From the NCBI GenBank assembly GCA_963663405.2, contig CAXXSM010000132.1, positions 235,102 through 299,101 of the forward strand: a stretch of 64,000 bases of DNA, in the 5' to 3' direction. Every line of letters starts with the position of its first letter. The stretch's first letter is position 1. A model generated the notes under the pieces. It worked only from the letters and a program-made list of their open reading frames with translations, was not told the origin of the DNA and did not search any database. Shown one piece after another: positions 1 through 12,267 of the stretch. Source of the DNA: a bacterium (GTDB taxonomy: Bacteria > Hinthialibacterota > Hinthialibacteria > Hinthialibacterales > Hinthialibacteraceae). The position numbers and the translations under genes are program-made.

Positions 1-352
1 CTCTCGCCAAGTGGCAGCCAAGTCCCATCCGGCGGAATTCTGGATGAGTGACGATCCGGATTTCACCGACATGTTTGGACCAGCCGAATTGATTCCGATG
101 AAGTGTCGCGTCCCCAATAATTTTACCATCATAGATCGCCAGTAGGGGGATCACATGGTCGTAATCGAGATTTTCCGCCCAGCGATGGATCACTTCGGGG
201 TGTGTGACATCTTCCTTGAGATAGAACCGGTCTTCAGGGGAGAGGCTAAGGAAGAAATTCCTGAGATCTTCTTCATCTTCCTTCACCATCTGCCGGATCG
301 TGGCTTTCTGGCCCTTCAACAAAGCGATCGTTTTCGGGTATTCAGCAAACAT
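1..352 (-). CDS. GNAT-family N-acetyltransferase (5' part; runs off window)
   Basis: Manual translation from ATG at 352 (GGAGGT SD upstream): MFAEYPKTIALLKGQKATIRQMVKEDEEDLRNFF...IIGDATLH...HVGEIRIVTHPEFRRMGLG, with GNAT motif A (R-R-M-G-L-G). Not in ORF track because truncated. Confidence 0.8.
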   Translation of the reverse strand, partial: MFAEYPKTIALLKGQKATIRQMVKEDEEDLRNFFLSLSPEDRFYLKEDVTHPEVIHRWAENLDYDHVIPLLAIYDGKIIGDATLHRNQFGWSKHVGEIRIVTHPEFRRMGLGCHLAR

Positions 353-731
353 GATCCCAGGACCTCCCTTTAGGCAAGAATTCAAATCCATCAATACAAT
401 TTATGAAGTTACACTATTTATAATTTATTAATGAGATAAGAAACATTATCTTTTTTTTAATTATACCGCAAGTTCTTAAGATGGGTATTGCTAAAAAAAA
501 TTATGTTTTTTTAGCGATAGTTAGAAATAGAGATACAAATTTTTGATTTTAATAGATTGAGAAAATGGCTTGGATTATTTTAGAATAGAGATTGCATAGA
601 GTATGGTCTATCATAATCGGTTTGACGAAAATTGAAGATTAATCTTACGTTGACAGTACTACACATTACAGATTAATATAAGAAATTGAGATCGTTTATG
701 GAACATTAAAACTATTTATGGAGGTAGTAAA

Positions 732-1697
732 ATGAATAGAATCAATGGAACCGCATGGTTCGTAGTCTATGTTGGATTGCTAGTTTTTACTTGCCCTTCT
801 CAATCGGAAATCGTGTGGACGGATTATCTGGAAAATCCTTTGGCAATGCCTATGCCGAATGGGGACCGGTCGTATATGCCGAATGTAATATGGAATCCAG
901 ATCTTCAGAGATACCAATGTTGGTACGAGCAAGGGAGCATCGATCTTGTCACCTACGCTGAATCGGATGATGGAATCACTTGGTCGAATGAGACGTTGAC
1001 TCAAGGAATCACGATCGATGATCTCCAGGTAGGCCGCGGATTCATGCTCTATAACACAGAATGGGAATATCCTTATAAAGCGTATTTTTTTGGTAGAGGG
1101 GGTGATTTAGGGGATCATGTCAGGTTTGCAGAATCAATAGATGGAATTGTATGGGAGAACAATCAACCTCTCGATATGTCCGATGCGACCGTATCGGGTC
1201 AAACAATCAGTTCCCCCGACGGTCATGCGGTTTTATTCGATCCAGATTTTCCTGGAGAGCCATACCGGATGTACCTCAAGACAGGCGATCAAACATCGAT
1301 TATGCAGTCTTCGGATGGAATCACATGGACATGGTTTGATTTCGCTACACTGGATGAAGGTTTTCACATTACAGCTATCCTTCAAATCAGTGAGAATGAT
1401 TATCGAGCCTGGGGATTCCGGGATTACAGCGTGGCGGGGATTCAATATTTCCGCTCGGCCGATGGAATTGAGTTTGAACTTATTCAAGATCCAGTAGAGG
1501 TTATAGGGGGAGCTGGACCCGCTGAATCTTGGAATGGAGATCGTAACTACCACCCCAGCGTCGTGTATGAAGGAAACGGGCAGTTCAAAATGTGGCGATC
1601 CGGAAAACATGATGTAACAGGCGCCTACCGGATGGGATTCGCAACAGGAATCGATACAGACTTAGGAACGCTCGTGGATCAATGGAGTATTTTTTAA
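732..1697 (+). CDS. Secreted beta-propeller protein (glycoside hydrolase GH43/32/130-like fold)
   Basis: N-terminal signal peptide; repeated blade motifs YAESDDGITW, FAESIDGIVW, MQSSDGITW, YFRSADGIEF; GGAGGT SD. Confidence 0.6.
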   Translation: MNRINGTAWFVVYVGLLVFTCPSQSEIVWTDYLENPLAMPMPNGDRSYMPNVIWNPDLQRYQCWYEQGSIDLVTYAESDDGITWSNETLTQGITIDDLQVGRGFMLYNTEWEYPYKAYFFGRGGDLGDHVRFAESIDGIVWENNQPLDMSDATVSGQTISSPDGHAVLFDPDFPGEPYRMYLKTGDQTSIMQSSDGITWTWFDFATLDEGFHITAILQISENDYRAWGFRDYSVAGIQYFRSADGIEFELIQDPVEVIGGAGPAESWNGDRNYHPSVVYEGNGQFKMWRSGKHDVTGAYRMGFATGIDTDLGTLVDQWSIF

Positions 1698-1729
1698 AAT
1701 CAATAAATAATAAATCTAAACCAACTAAA

Positions 1730-1757
1730 AAAGGGCGGCTGTTTTTGGCCGCCCTTT
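1730..1757. terminator. Intrinsic terminator, probably bidirectional
   Basis: AAAGGGCGGC...GCCGCCCTTT stem flanked by A/T runs between convergent genes. Confidence 0.75.
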
Positions 1758-1777
1758 CATAATCTTATGAATCGTTT

Positions 1778-1927
1778 TTAGCGTGTTTCTCGATGGGGTG
1801 TATGTTTCCCACAAAACCGGCAGTATTTTTTGAACTCCAACCGGTCGGGTTGTTTCCGTTTATCTTTTGTCGTGCTGTAATTCCGACGTTTGCATTCTGT
1901 ACATGCCAATAGAATCTGCTCTCTCAT
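1778..1927 (-). CDS. rpmG: 50S ribosomal protein L33 (Zn-ribbon type)
   Basis: Manual translation [49 protein letters not shown]; CxxC...CxxC; directly downstream of tuf. Confidence 0.95.
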   Translation of the reverse strand: MREQILLACTECKRRNYSTTKDKRKQPDRLEFKKYCRFCGKHTPHRETR

Positions 1928-2040
1928 GATTATCTCCTAAATAGATTCTTTCAAGGCCAATCTGCAAATTCATATCTAAGATTCATTAAATGCCTTGAAA
2001 GAATTTGCAGTTACTTTCTACCAAAATATTCGAGTTGTTG

Positions 2041-3234
<1,194 letters not shown>

Positions 3235-3317
3235 GGTGGTTCCTTCCTGTCCTCGATTTCAAAGTGTGTTTTTTGTAATTGAATTTATAGATTGTAAAAA
3301 TTTATTTATAAAAGATA

Positions 3318-3391
3318 AGCCCTCGACCGGAGTTGAACCGGTGACCTCATCCTTACCAAGGATGCGCTCTGACCTACTGAGCTACGAGGGC
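3318..3391 (-). tRNA. tRNA-Thr(GGT)
   Basis: Reverse complement GCCCTCGTAGCTCAG...CATCCTT-GGT-AAGGATG...GGTTCAACTCC...CGAGGGC; CCA not encoded; typical position before tuf. Confidence 0.95.
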
Positions 3392-3497
3392 GTGATTACG
3401 GTCAATAACTGCAAAATAGTAAAAGGCGCTCATCGTACTGTCAAGGAAAGCGGAACTTGAATTTCTGTTTCCATAATTCTATTAAAAACAAATAAGC

Positions 3498-3588
3498 CGG
3501 AGGGGGAGGGATTCGAACCCCCGAAACAGTTTAACCCGTTTAACCGCTTTCGAGGCGGTCGCCTTCAGCCAAACTCGGCCACCCCTCC
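3498..3588 (-). tRNA. tRNA-Ser(CGA)
   Basis: Reverse complement GGAGGGGTGGCCGAG...ACCGCCT-CGA-AAGCGGT, long variable arm, GGTTCGAATCC T-loop. Confidence 0.93.
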
Positions 3589-3768
3589 ATGTAATTCTTT
3601 AATTGTCAAATGACGATACGGAAAAGGACGTATTTTTAATTATATACCCTATCGTGGGTATATTGTTTGATTTGTTTGGACATATTATAGAGTTTTTCGC
3701 CTAACGAAAATATTAATCTCTATCTCATCCAATTGAAATCAGCTCTTTATTGTATCACGGAAAGTCCA

Positions 3769-4227
3769 TTATCGTAACCGCTCAAAAAAATCTTTCAATA
3801 ACTGTTGGCAATTTTCTTCAAGAATTTTTGGATGAACCAAGATTTGATGATTTAAGCGAGCGTCTTCGGTGATCTGATAAAGACTTTCCACTCCCCCCGC
3901 CTTTGGATCGGACGCGCCATAATATAGATGTTCAATCCGGGCTTGTACGATCGCTCCTGCGCACATGATACATGGCTCGAGTGTACAGTACAGCGAACAT
4001 CCATCAAGGCGCCATTCACCCCGCGCCGCAGCGGCGTCGCGCAATGCGAGAATCTCCGCATGGGCGGTTGGATCGTTGGTTTCTTCCCGCTGGTTCCGGC
4101 CCCGGCCAATCACTTGTCCTTTGTAGACAATAATCGCTCCAATGGGGGTGTCTCCATACGCCTGCGCGATTTTCCCTTGGTTGATAGCTAATCGCATGTA
4201 TCGTTCGTGTTCGTGTAATGAATTCAC
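3769..4227 (-). CDS. tadA: tRNA adenosine(34) deaminase
   Basis: DPTAHAE and TLEPCIMCAGA motifs. Confidence 0.93.
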   Translation of the reverse strand: MNSLHEHERYMRLAINQGKIAQAYGDTPIGAIIVYKGQVIGRGRNQREETNDPTAHAEILALRDAAAARGEWRLDGCSLYCTLEPCIMCAGAIVQARIEHLYYGASDPKAGGVESLYQITEDARLNHQILVHPKILEENCQQLLKDFFERLR

Positions 4228-4404
4228 TCTCTATTCCTGTCTTGTCACACTCTTTTAATGGAGCCATTTGTATTTTATTAAACTATTATAAACGACTTCA
4301 ATTGATAACGATACTAACCAGCGGCGCATTGATCGTGGACAATTCGTTTAGACCGGACTATTATACTTATAAAGAGAATCGTTTGATTGGAGGTAGAATT
4401 AATA

Positions 4405-4665
4405 ATGATTTTAGATCATGCGGCGTTGACGGCGGGGCCTGGAATTGGAGCGATTCTCTATGGGGCAACGGCGTGGGTGTTGAGTATGCTGGTCGTTCTA
4501 TTTCATCGCGAGGGAATCAAAGTCGTGGGAGGGACGATCGTGTTTACCGGCTTTTTGATCTTGCTCATTCATCCACAAATCATTCTTTCTATTGGCCTTA
4601 TCGCTTTTGGACTGGCCGTGCATTGGTGTGGACAGACGCTTTACAATCTGCGGCGCCGCGGATGA
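4405..4665 (+). CDS. Small membrane protein, about 3 TM
   Basis: GGAGGT SD before ATG 4405; hydrophobic segments. Confidence 0.6.
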   Translation: MILDHAALTAGPGIGAILYGATAWVLSMLVVLFHREGIKVVGGTIVFTGFLILLIHPQIILSIGLIAFGLAVHWCGQTLYNLRRRG

Positions 4666-4760
4666 AAGAATTACGTATCCAAATGTAAATAGATCAGTGG
4701 TTTATGGGCGAGTCTGACATAAGAGCCGTATTGTATTCCCCAAATTGTTTAACCGCCACC

Positions 4761-5024
4761 TTATGTTTTGATCCCAAACTCGGCATACCGAATTTTGAAC
4801 ATATCATTCCATAAATTTTCCCGGATTCGTTTAAAGTCCTGCAACCGTTTTTGATAGAGTTTACTCCCCGCTTTCCAACGCGCGCTCCAAGCGAGAAAAC
4901 TGGGCTCCGCTCGCGCCAAGTGTTTAATGATCTTCCGGCTGTCACGTTCGTACTCGGAAATGATTCGCTCGTTTCTAATGATTTTGTCCGTTGTTTCTGC
5001 AAGAATGCTAATGTTCGTTTCCAT
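4761..5024 (-). CDS. Hypothetical small basic helical protein
   Basis: ORF METNISILAE...; purine-rich SD-like GGAAGGA before the ATG. Confidence 0.5.
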   Translation of the reverse strand: METNISILAETTDKIIRNERIISEYERDSRKIIKHLARAEPSFLAWSARWKAGSKLYQKRLQDFKRIRENLWNDMFKIRYAEFGIKT

Positions 5025-5299
5025 TTTACATCCTTCCCATTGCATACGCGGATTTATACATTGTACATATATTTTACATTAAATTTAACGTTTTGCAATA
5101 CCCTATTTCATTTATTTTCTAGATAAGTCTAAACTACGGTAATTTTCTATATTGAAAGGGCTCCAATTGAATTATTTGTGGGTACAGAGCCATTCATCTA
5201 TACAAACCCTATTGATTTCGTTTATCCTGAAACCTTTCAACAAGATAAACCATCAATAATTTTAATATATTTTTAATAAGGATGATCAGGAGATGTACG

Positions 5300-6322
5300 A
5301 TGAAGGAATTTGAAATTGCGCTTGAGAATCTTATCGCCGGGAAGAATCTATCCAGGGCAGAGGCGGGGGAATTGATTTCTTCGATCATGGAGGGCAAATT
5401 AACTCCCTCGCAGATCGCCGCTTTTTTGACGGCCCTGCGATGCAAAGGGGAGAGTGTGGATGAGATTACCGGCGCCGCTGAAGCGATGCGTTCGCATGCG
5501 ATGCAGGTAAAAAGCAAGCGGGAAGGGATTCTCGATACATGCGGAACGGGTGGTGACAAAAGCGGGACGTTCAATATATCCACCACAGCCGCCTGCATTG
5601 TGGCCGGCGCGGGCGCGCCTGTGGCGAAACATGGGAACCGGTCCGCTTCCAGCCAATGTGGAAGCATCGATCTGCTCGAAAAACTGGGAGTGAACGTGAA
5701 TTTGGATCCAGCGAAGATTGGAGCGTGCCTGGATACTGTGGGAATCGGAATTTTGTTTGCGCGGGTAGTGCATCCGGCAATGAAACATGCGGCTCCGATC
5801 CGGGGAGAATTGAAAATCCGGACGATCTTCAATTTTTTGGGACCGTTGACTAACCCGGCGACGCCGGATTTTCAACTGGTTGGGATCAGCAATGTTAAGT
5901 TTATTGAGACGTACGCGGAATGTCTACAAAAACTGGGCATCAAACGCGCTTGGGTAGTCGCGGGAGAAGACGGATTGGATGAGATTACGCTGACGGGTTC
6001 GTCAACTATCCTGGATGTGCGTCCGGATTCAATCGAAAAGCGGAAGATTGTTCCTGAAGACGCCGGTCTCTCGCGTTGTACGCGGGAAGATCTCCTTGGC
6101 GGCTCTGTCGAGGACAACGCTCGTATGACGCTGGCGATTCTTGATGGAACCGACCGGGGAACGCGGCGTGACGCGGCGCTCTTCAACGCGGGCGCGGCGC
6201 TGCTTGTCGCTGGGAAAGCGGATTCGTTGCAAGCGGGCGTCAATCTCGCGGTGGAGAGTGTGGATTCCGGCAAAGCGAATGCGGTGTTGGATCAGTTAAT
6301 CCAATTCACGAATGAGTGTTAA
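5300..6322 (+). CDS. trpD: Anthranilate phosphoribosyltransferase
   Basis: DTCGTGGD, FNIST, KHGNRS, DGLDE motifs; AGGAG SD. Confidence 0.97.
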   Translation: MKEFEIALENLIAGKNLSRAEAGELISSIMEGKLTPSQIAAFLTALRCKGESVDEITGAAEAMRSHAMQVKSKREGILDTCGTGGDKSGTFNISTTAACIVAGAGAPVAKHGNRSASSQCGSIDLLEKLGVNVNLDPAKIGACLDTVGIGILFARVVHPAMKHAAPIRGELKIRTIFNFLGPLTNPATPDFQLVGISNVKFIETYAECLQKLGIKRAWVVAGEDGLDEITLTGSSTILDVRPDSIEKRKIVPEDAGLSRCTREDLLGGSVEDNARMTLAILDGTDRGTRRDAALFNAGAALLVAGKADSLQAGVNLAVESVDSGKANAVLDQLIQFTNEC

Positions 6323-6328
6323 TCTGGC

Positions 6329-7642
6329 CTATACTTCATCGGGAACGTCGAACGGCCTGCGGTATTTCCCATGCAGGATTTCGTTCGCTTCGTCGTCGTT
6401 TACGCAGCGTTCTGTTGTGGGATCGAATTGAAGCGTTCGTTCGACTAGGTAGGACGCGTTGGCGAGATGACATAGCGAGGCGGAGAGATGCCCTTCGAGG
6501 ATTTCCGCATGAAGGTCTTCTTTCTTCCGGCTGCGGACCGCGTCGATGAAGTTCTGGAAATGATTCTCTCCCGACTCACGGGATGGGCCTTCTTTCCGGT
6601 CGCGGCCCAGGAATACGCGATAGCGTCCATAATTGTCTGTGATCATATAGCCTTTTGAACCGAGGAACAGATCCCCAATCACGTTATCCGTGCCTCCCAC
6701 ATTGATCTCATCGTTCGTTATCCAATGACGGACTTCGAACACCAGCATTTTATTCTCATCCGGATATTTAAACGTCGAGACGAGAGTGTTGGGGGTGTTT
6801 TGGTCGTCGTCGAACATGAAATGCCCACCGATGGCGGATGCGAGTTTGGGCAGGCCGACGCCCAATCCCCACCGGGCGATATCCATCTCATGCACGCCCT
6901 GGTTCCCGATGTCTCCATTGCCGTATTCATAATTCCAGTGCCAGTTGTAATGGAAGCGGTTGGGATTGAACGGGCGTTTATCCGCCGGACCGAGCCAGAG
7001 ATTATAATGCACGCCGGGAGGAACGTCTCCATCCGGTTTGTGACCGATGGTGTCCCGCCATTTGTAGCAGAGGCCTTTCGCGTAATACACATCCCCGATC
7101 ACGCCGTCCCGCAGCAGTTCGACCGCTTCCCGGAACGCGGAGACGCTGCGGCCCTGGGTGCCCTGTTGGACGATTCGATTGTATTTCCGGGCGGCTTTGA
7201 CGAGTTGACGGCCTTCATGGATATTGTGCGAACACGGTTTTTCGACATATGCGTCTTTTCCATGTTGGCAGGCCCAGATACCCATGAGCGCGTGCCAGTG
7301 GTTGGGTGTCGCGATGGAGACGGCGTCGATCTCGTCGTTCTGCAGCATCTCGCGGATATCTGTGTATTTTTTGACGGGTTGTGCAAGAAATTCCTTCAGT
7401 TCCTCCGCCCGCTCGTTCAGGATATTCTCATCCACGTCACAGATCGCGATGACCTGGGTGTTCGTACATTTTGCGAATTCCCTTATATGATCCGCTCCCC
7501 GTCCTCTCAATCCCACCACGCCTATGTGGACTGTCTCATTCGCACTGGCCCCGGCTTTTGTCTGAATCAGAATGTTCAACGCAGCCGCGCCCCCAGCGGC
7601 GTTCTTCAAAAAACTTCGCCGATTTTCACTCATTATGATCAC
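6329..7642 (-). CDS. Tat-exported Gfo/Idh/MocA oxidoreductase
   Basis: RRSFLK twin-arginine signal; GVVGLRGRG Rossmann motif; ATPNHWH; YVEKP. Confidence 0.9.
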   Translation of the reverse strand: MIIMSENRRSFLKNAAGGAAALNILIQTKAGASANETVHIGVVGLRGRGADHIREFAKCTNTQVIAICDVDENILNERAEELKEFLAQPVKKYTDIREMLQNDEIDAVSIATPNHWHALMGIWACQHGKDAYVEKPCSHNIHEGRQLVKAARKYNRIVQQGTQGRSVSAFREAVELLRDGVIGDVYYAKGLCYKWRDTIGHKPDGDVPPGVHYNLWLGPADKRPFNPNRFHYNWHWNYEYGNGDIGNQGVHEMDIARWGLGVGLPKLASAIGGHFMFDDDQNTPNTLVSTFKYPDENKMLVFEVRHWITNDEINVGGTDNVIGDLFLGSKGYMITDNYGRYRVFLGRDRKEGPSRESGENHFQNFIDAVRSRKKEDLHAEILEGHLSASLCHLANASYLVERTLQFDPTTERCVNDDEANEILHGKYRRPFDVPDEV

Positions 7643-7990
7643 TCCTTCGCTTGAAGAAAATTTGAATGGATAGATACGAGATTACATGGATTTTTCTTTT
7701 GGGATAAGGGGGTGATCTATATATTTAAGGGGCTAAATGAAGACTGGTTCGAGCAGAATCGTGACTCTCGTAATCCTGATGTAATCCTATTAAGACGATG
7801 CAAAATTGAAATATTATTTTTGTTTTCTCGTTGTTATTTAATGGACGTATTATTTTCATTCGAGAGAGTATATCATAATAATAAATGATAACGAAAAATT
7901 ATCCGCTCCATCAATCTAGATGTTTAGATTTTGTGCCGACTAGTGGGAATTCAGATTTTCTGAAATCAACTTGAAAGAAGGAATTAGAAT

Positions 7991-10005
7991 ATGATGTCAT
8001 ATAAATCTTTCATTTTCTTTATTTTAACGTTCATGATTTTCCTTTCTTATCACCAAAAAACATCCTATGCGAGTTCTATCCTATCATTCAGTGAAGCCGA
8101 ATCATGGGTGATAGAGAGAATCCAAAATGGAGAAATCGCTGATTTGAATAAATTTTCTCCCAAAGGAAATGATCGGATTTTGAGCGCTACGTTTTTAGAG
8201 AGATTGCTAACACGAAAAATTGGTGAACTGGAGAATACATTTAGTAGTGAGATTCGTAACGTCACCTTTACAGAACCTATAATTATGTTTTATGAAGAAA
8301 TTGATTTTGCCATATTATTCTCGAATTGCCAATTCAATGAAACAGTTAATTTTTCACGATGCCATTTTAAGAAGTTTCTAGGATTTGAAAATTCATCTTT
8401 TTGAAAAATGTTGATTTCCACAGAATGAGATCAGATTATGATGTAGAATTCACACGAATATCATTTCATGGAGATGTGAATTTAAAAGGAGCTAGCATTA
8501 ATGGTGAATTAATCTCAAATTTCGGTCAATATAATCAGAAAGCAATTTTTAACAATATTAAAGTAGTTGACAATGCAGAATTTAATGAAACAATTTTTAA
8601 AGGATCTGTTGATTTCATTGGAGCAAACATAAATGGAGATTTCTTGTTTAGAAATGCTCAATTACTTAACAACGAAATTGAATCCTATTTTAATGGAATT
8701 CAAGTCGCAGGGAATTTAGATATAAAAGAATCTTTGTTTATTTGTCCAGTCAGTTTTGCACATATTAAAATTGGAAAGAATTTCTTTGCTCGAAGAACTC
8801 GCTTTTTGAACTCAACCAATAAAACTACATTTAATGGTATGAAAGTTGAAGGTTTAGTAACTTTCAATTATGCAATTTTTGCTGGAGGGGCTAATTTTGT
8901 AGGTGGAAAGATTAATGGAGAATTTCAATTACATGAATGCCAATTTTATAATAGCTCTAATGGAGTTAGTTTCCAAGGTATTCAAATTTTGGGAAGTTTA
9001 ATTATTAATAAAACTACATTTGAATGTCCTGCAGATTTCTCATATGCAAGAATTGGGAATTTATTTGATGCTAACAATACACAATTTTTAAATCCAAATC
9101 ATAAGATTGATTTTACTAATTTGAGTGTCCAAGGTGTTGCTTTCTTCAGTAATGCAAATTTTATGGGACCTGCACAATTTATAAATACAAAAATTGGGGG
9201 AGAATTCATTGCTAAAAAGGCAAATTTTCTAAATTCTGATTCTATGACAACTTTTAGTGCCATGGAAGTTCAAGGTATAGCTACTTTTGATAATGCAATT
9301 TTCAATGGACCTGTTGATTTTCTTGGGACAATAATAAAAGGGGAATTACATACAAATGAATCAATTTTTTATAAAAATGTAAGATTTAATAAAATGAGTG
9401 TAGATATTCCAATATTTCGTTGCCTTACGATTAAAGGCTCTTATTGTCTAAATGGTATGATCTTCCAATCAATTGACGTTGGTGATGAAGAGGGTAAATG
9501 TGAGAAAGTATTGTCATTTTTAAATAAAGCAGAATATAGTGCTGATGTTTATGCAAGATTAGAAGATTTTTATAAATTAAACGGCTATCAAGAAACTGCT
9601 AACAAGGTATTTATTACTTTCAAAAGAAGAGAACGTTGGGATGGAAACCTACCTTTTTTAATGAGAATGTGGAGTGATATTAAATATTATTTAATTGGTT
9701 ATGGACGAAGGATTGAACAATCTATATATATTAGTATTTTTTTTATCATTTTAGGTTCATTTATTTTAAGAAAAGAAATAATGACCAAAAGCAGATCTCA
9801 AGAAAAGGTTCTATATTTTAATTGTTTTTGGTATAGTGTTGATCTTTTTCTACCTTTCATAGACTTGAAAATGGAAAAAAATTGGATTCCGAATCCTGAT
9901 CTTCCTTGTATTTGGTTATTAAGATTATACATGTGCCTGCATATAATTTCAGGCTGGTTTCTTATCCCCATCGGTTTGGCGGCATTCACAGGGATTATTG
10001 AATGA
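7991..10005 (+). CDS. Pentapeptide-like repeat protein with C-terminal membrane domain (split at about 8400 by a frameshift)
   Basis: ORFs 7991-8404 and 8401-10005 join at a T-run; about 38-aa repeats (e.g. TFNGMKVEGLVTFNYAIFAGGANF); C-terminal IGYGRR...WYSVDLFLPFIDL TM module; AT-rich. Confidence 0.65.
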
Positions 10006-10044
10006 TTATTATATAAGGTTTATTTTTATTGTATTGGAGCCTGA

Positions 10045-11226
10045 ATGAACGAATTTACTCCCAAATATGACCTAATCCTAATTCTGAATTATTTCCGGAC
10101 GTTGACGTATTATCTGCCCCTGATTGAGCATCTTAGGGATGAATTTCGGATTGGGATATATCCTATTCCTTTGCATGAGAGTGAAGCGAAGAAGCATCAG
10201 AGTACGCAGCGGGAATTTATGCGGGAATGTGTAAACCGGGGGGCGGAGATCATTGAACGAGGGCCGGCGCGGGCGGCTGTTACGCTTTTTCCGCAGGATG
10301 TTTACTCGGACGAAGCGGTTCAGTTGATTCATGAGAATATAATTAGTGACCGGAAAGTTGCGTCTCTTACGCTGGCGCGGCCTGGGATTATCGATGCGTT
10401 TATTGAAGCGTTCGATCCGTCGGTTGTGTTTGTTGTGCATAAGGCCTTTTTCGATTTTCTCTTGCGTCAGCGCGGCGATCCGGCGGTGTATGAAGGCCGT
10501 GAGTTGATTGAAGTGGGTCTTCCGTATCGGAAATATCCCCCGTTCCCGGAATTCGAAGCGGATTATTTTATCGCGATGCCGACGCCGTTCAGTTTTCCAA
10601 GAGAAGAGGATAAATGGGATTTTCTTGAAACGATCTTCGATTTAATTCAACAAATCCCACGCCAGGACCGAATCGTTCACAAAGCGCACAACGCATTGGA
10701 GAACGATTATTTTTCCGGGAAAAAACTCCGCTATATCGCGCGTTTTCTCAACCTCGATCCTACGGGCTGTCTGCGAAAAATCGTTAAGAAACTGACGGCG
10801 CTTGATTCCAGTGGGACAAACGGACGTGTAAGCCGCCTGTATACGGCGATGCTCTACGAAAAGCTGATGAAGCGTGTCGTTCCAATGCACGAAATGACTC
10901 CCCATGCCAATCTTGCGTTTGAAGCGTTCCTGCTGGGCGTCAAAAAGGGAGTGATCGGAGGGCTCAGCAATACGATCTGGGGCACGCTTTTCTTTGAATT
11001 GCCGTTTTATAACTGTGTGGATATGGAACGGCAGAAACGGGAAGCGGGCGAGACGCTTTATAAAAAAGACGCTACGCGGCTGCTCGAATTAAATCTCCAA
11101 TTTTTCAACGTGCCTTTTTGTGAAGGAAAACTGGAATTCGATCGAAAATTTTTTGATATTGTAGACGAATCCACGCGGCAGGGCGATCTGTTTAATGAAT
11201 TGAGGACGTTGATCCAGCAAACATAA
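10045..11226 (+). CDS. Hypothetical protein (possibly surface polysaccharide related)
   Basis: 393-aa ORF with GGAG SD; no diagnostic motif recognised. Confidence 0.55.
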   Translation: MNEFTPKYDLILILNYFRTLTYYLPLIEHLRDEFRIGIYPIPLHESEAKKHQSTQREFMRECVNRGAEIIERGPARAAVTLFPQDVYSDEAVQLIHENIISDRKVASLTLARPGIIDAFIEAFDPSVVFVVHKAFFDFLLRQRGDPAVYEGRELIEVGLPYRKYPPFPEFEADYFIAMPTPFSFPREEDKWDFLETIFDLIQQIPRQDRIVHKAHNALENDYFSGKKLRYIARFLNLDPTGCLRKIVKKLTALDSSGTNGRVSRLYTAMLYEKLMKRVVPMHEMTPHANLAFEAFLLGVKKGVIGGLSNTIWGTLFFELPFYNCVDMERQKREAGETLYKKDATRLLELNLQFFNVPFCEGKLEFDRKFFDIVDESTRQGDLFNELRTLIQQT

Positions 11227-11379
11227 GGTTCTGTCAATCGATAGAATGTACGAAAATGAAGGCGAAAATCGGTTAAAAAACGGATTCGATGTAACCATTT
11301 CACAGCCTGACTCGTTTACAGATATGATAACTGCGCCTATAATTTCGTTAACTGAAATTTACTTTCTTATTTTGATACA

Positions 11380-12267
11380 ATGCAAAAGGGTTTGATCTTC
11401 CGTTTTCTCTCTTCATTATACGTCGCGCTAGTAGTCATTGTGCCGTTCAGCGTTATGTTCCGCATGATGCTGTATATGGAAAGTCTTTGTAAAAAGGGCG
11501 CGATCGACAATACGGAAATTCCTGTTCTTTATGTGGCGAAACTCGATTCCGGCATGGAAGCGCCTCGTCAGCAGGAGATCGTTTCCCAGATCGCCAATCT
11601 GGAGAACGTCGCCGCCGCGTCTATCAATCTCCCTATACCCGCCTGGCCGGGTGATTCAGATCAGGAAGCGCAATGGAATGAACTTTGGAAAACCTATCTC
11701 TCTCCTCTGCTCTATGCGACCTGTGAAATTCAGCTGACCGACACGAGTCTCGCTGACCGAATCGCTGGACAAATTGAATCAGTCTCTGGAATTGTGGAGA
11801 CCGCCTGGGATCAAGACGATTTCGATAGACAAGTGAACGCGCTGACTCCTATCAGCGGGGAAGATTCGTTTTATTCGCGCTTATTCTTCTTTTTTATTGC
11901 GGCGTCGCTTTGCGCGCTGGTGGCGAGTTATCCGATCCGCTTCCGCCGCGATTTTGCTGTCCGCGCGGGATTGGGTGGGGCTGGGTCCCAGATCAATCCT
12001 GAGTTAATTTGGATAAGACTGGTGAGTTGGCAGGCTGGTTGGAGCGCCGCCTTGTACGTGATCGTCTACACGATTGGTTATCAATTGTTTCCCTGTCCAT
12101 CCGGTCAAATCCATCTCCCGCTCTACTTCTCGCTGTTGTGGAAAGGCGTATTGATGACAGCGGGATTGGTGACAGCCGTTTGCCTGATCGGGTGGTGGCT
12201 GCCAGCGGATGAAATCAACGATATCAGCGCCCCACATCCGGCGCCGTTGGAGTGGGAACGAGAATGA
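11380..12267 (+). CDS. Divergent FtsX-like membrane protein
   Basis: 1 TM, periplasmic domain, 3 TM topology; sits directly before an envC-like gene. Confidence 0.5.
   Translation: MQKGLIFRFLSSLYVALVVIVPFSVMFRMMLYMESLCKKGAIDNTEIPVLYVAKLDSGMEAPRQQEIVSQIANLENVAAASINLPIPAWPGDSDQEAQWNELWKTYLSPLLYATCEIQLTDTSLADRIAGQIESVSGIVETAWDQDDFDRQVNALTPISGEDSFYSRLFFFFIAASLCALVASYPIRFRRDFAVRAGLGGAGSQINPELIWIRLVSWQAGWSAALYVIVYTIGYQLFPCPSGQIHLPLYFSLLWKGVLMTAGLVTAVCLIGWWLPADEINDISAPHPAPLEWERE

Noticed and set aside
155-373. 72-aa + strand ORF
   Set aside because: Lies antisense to a clear GNAT gene that has its own SD.
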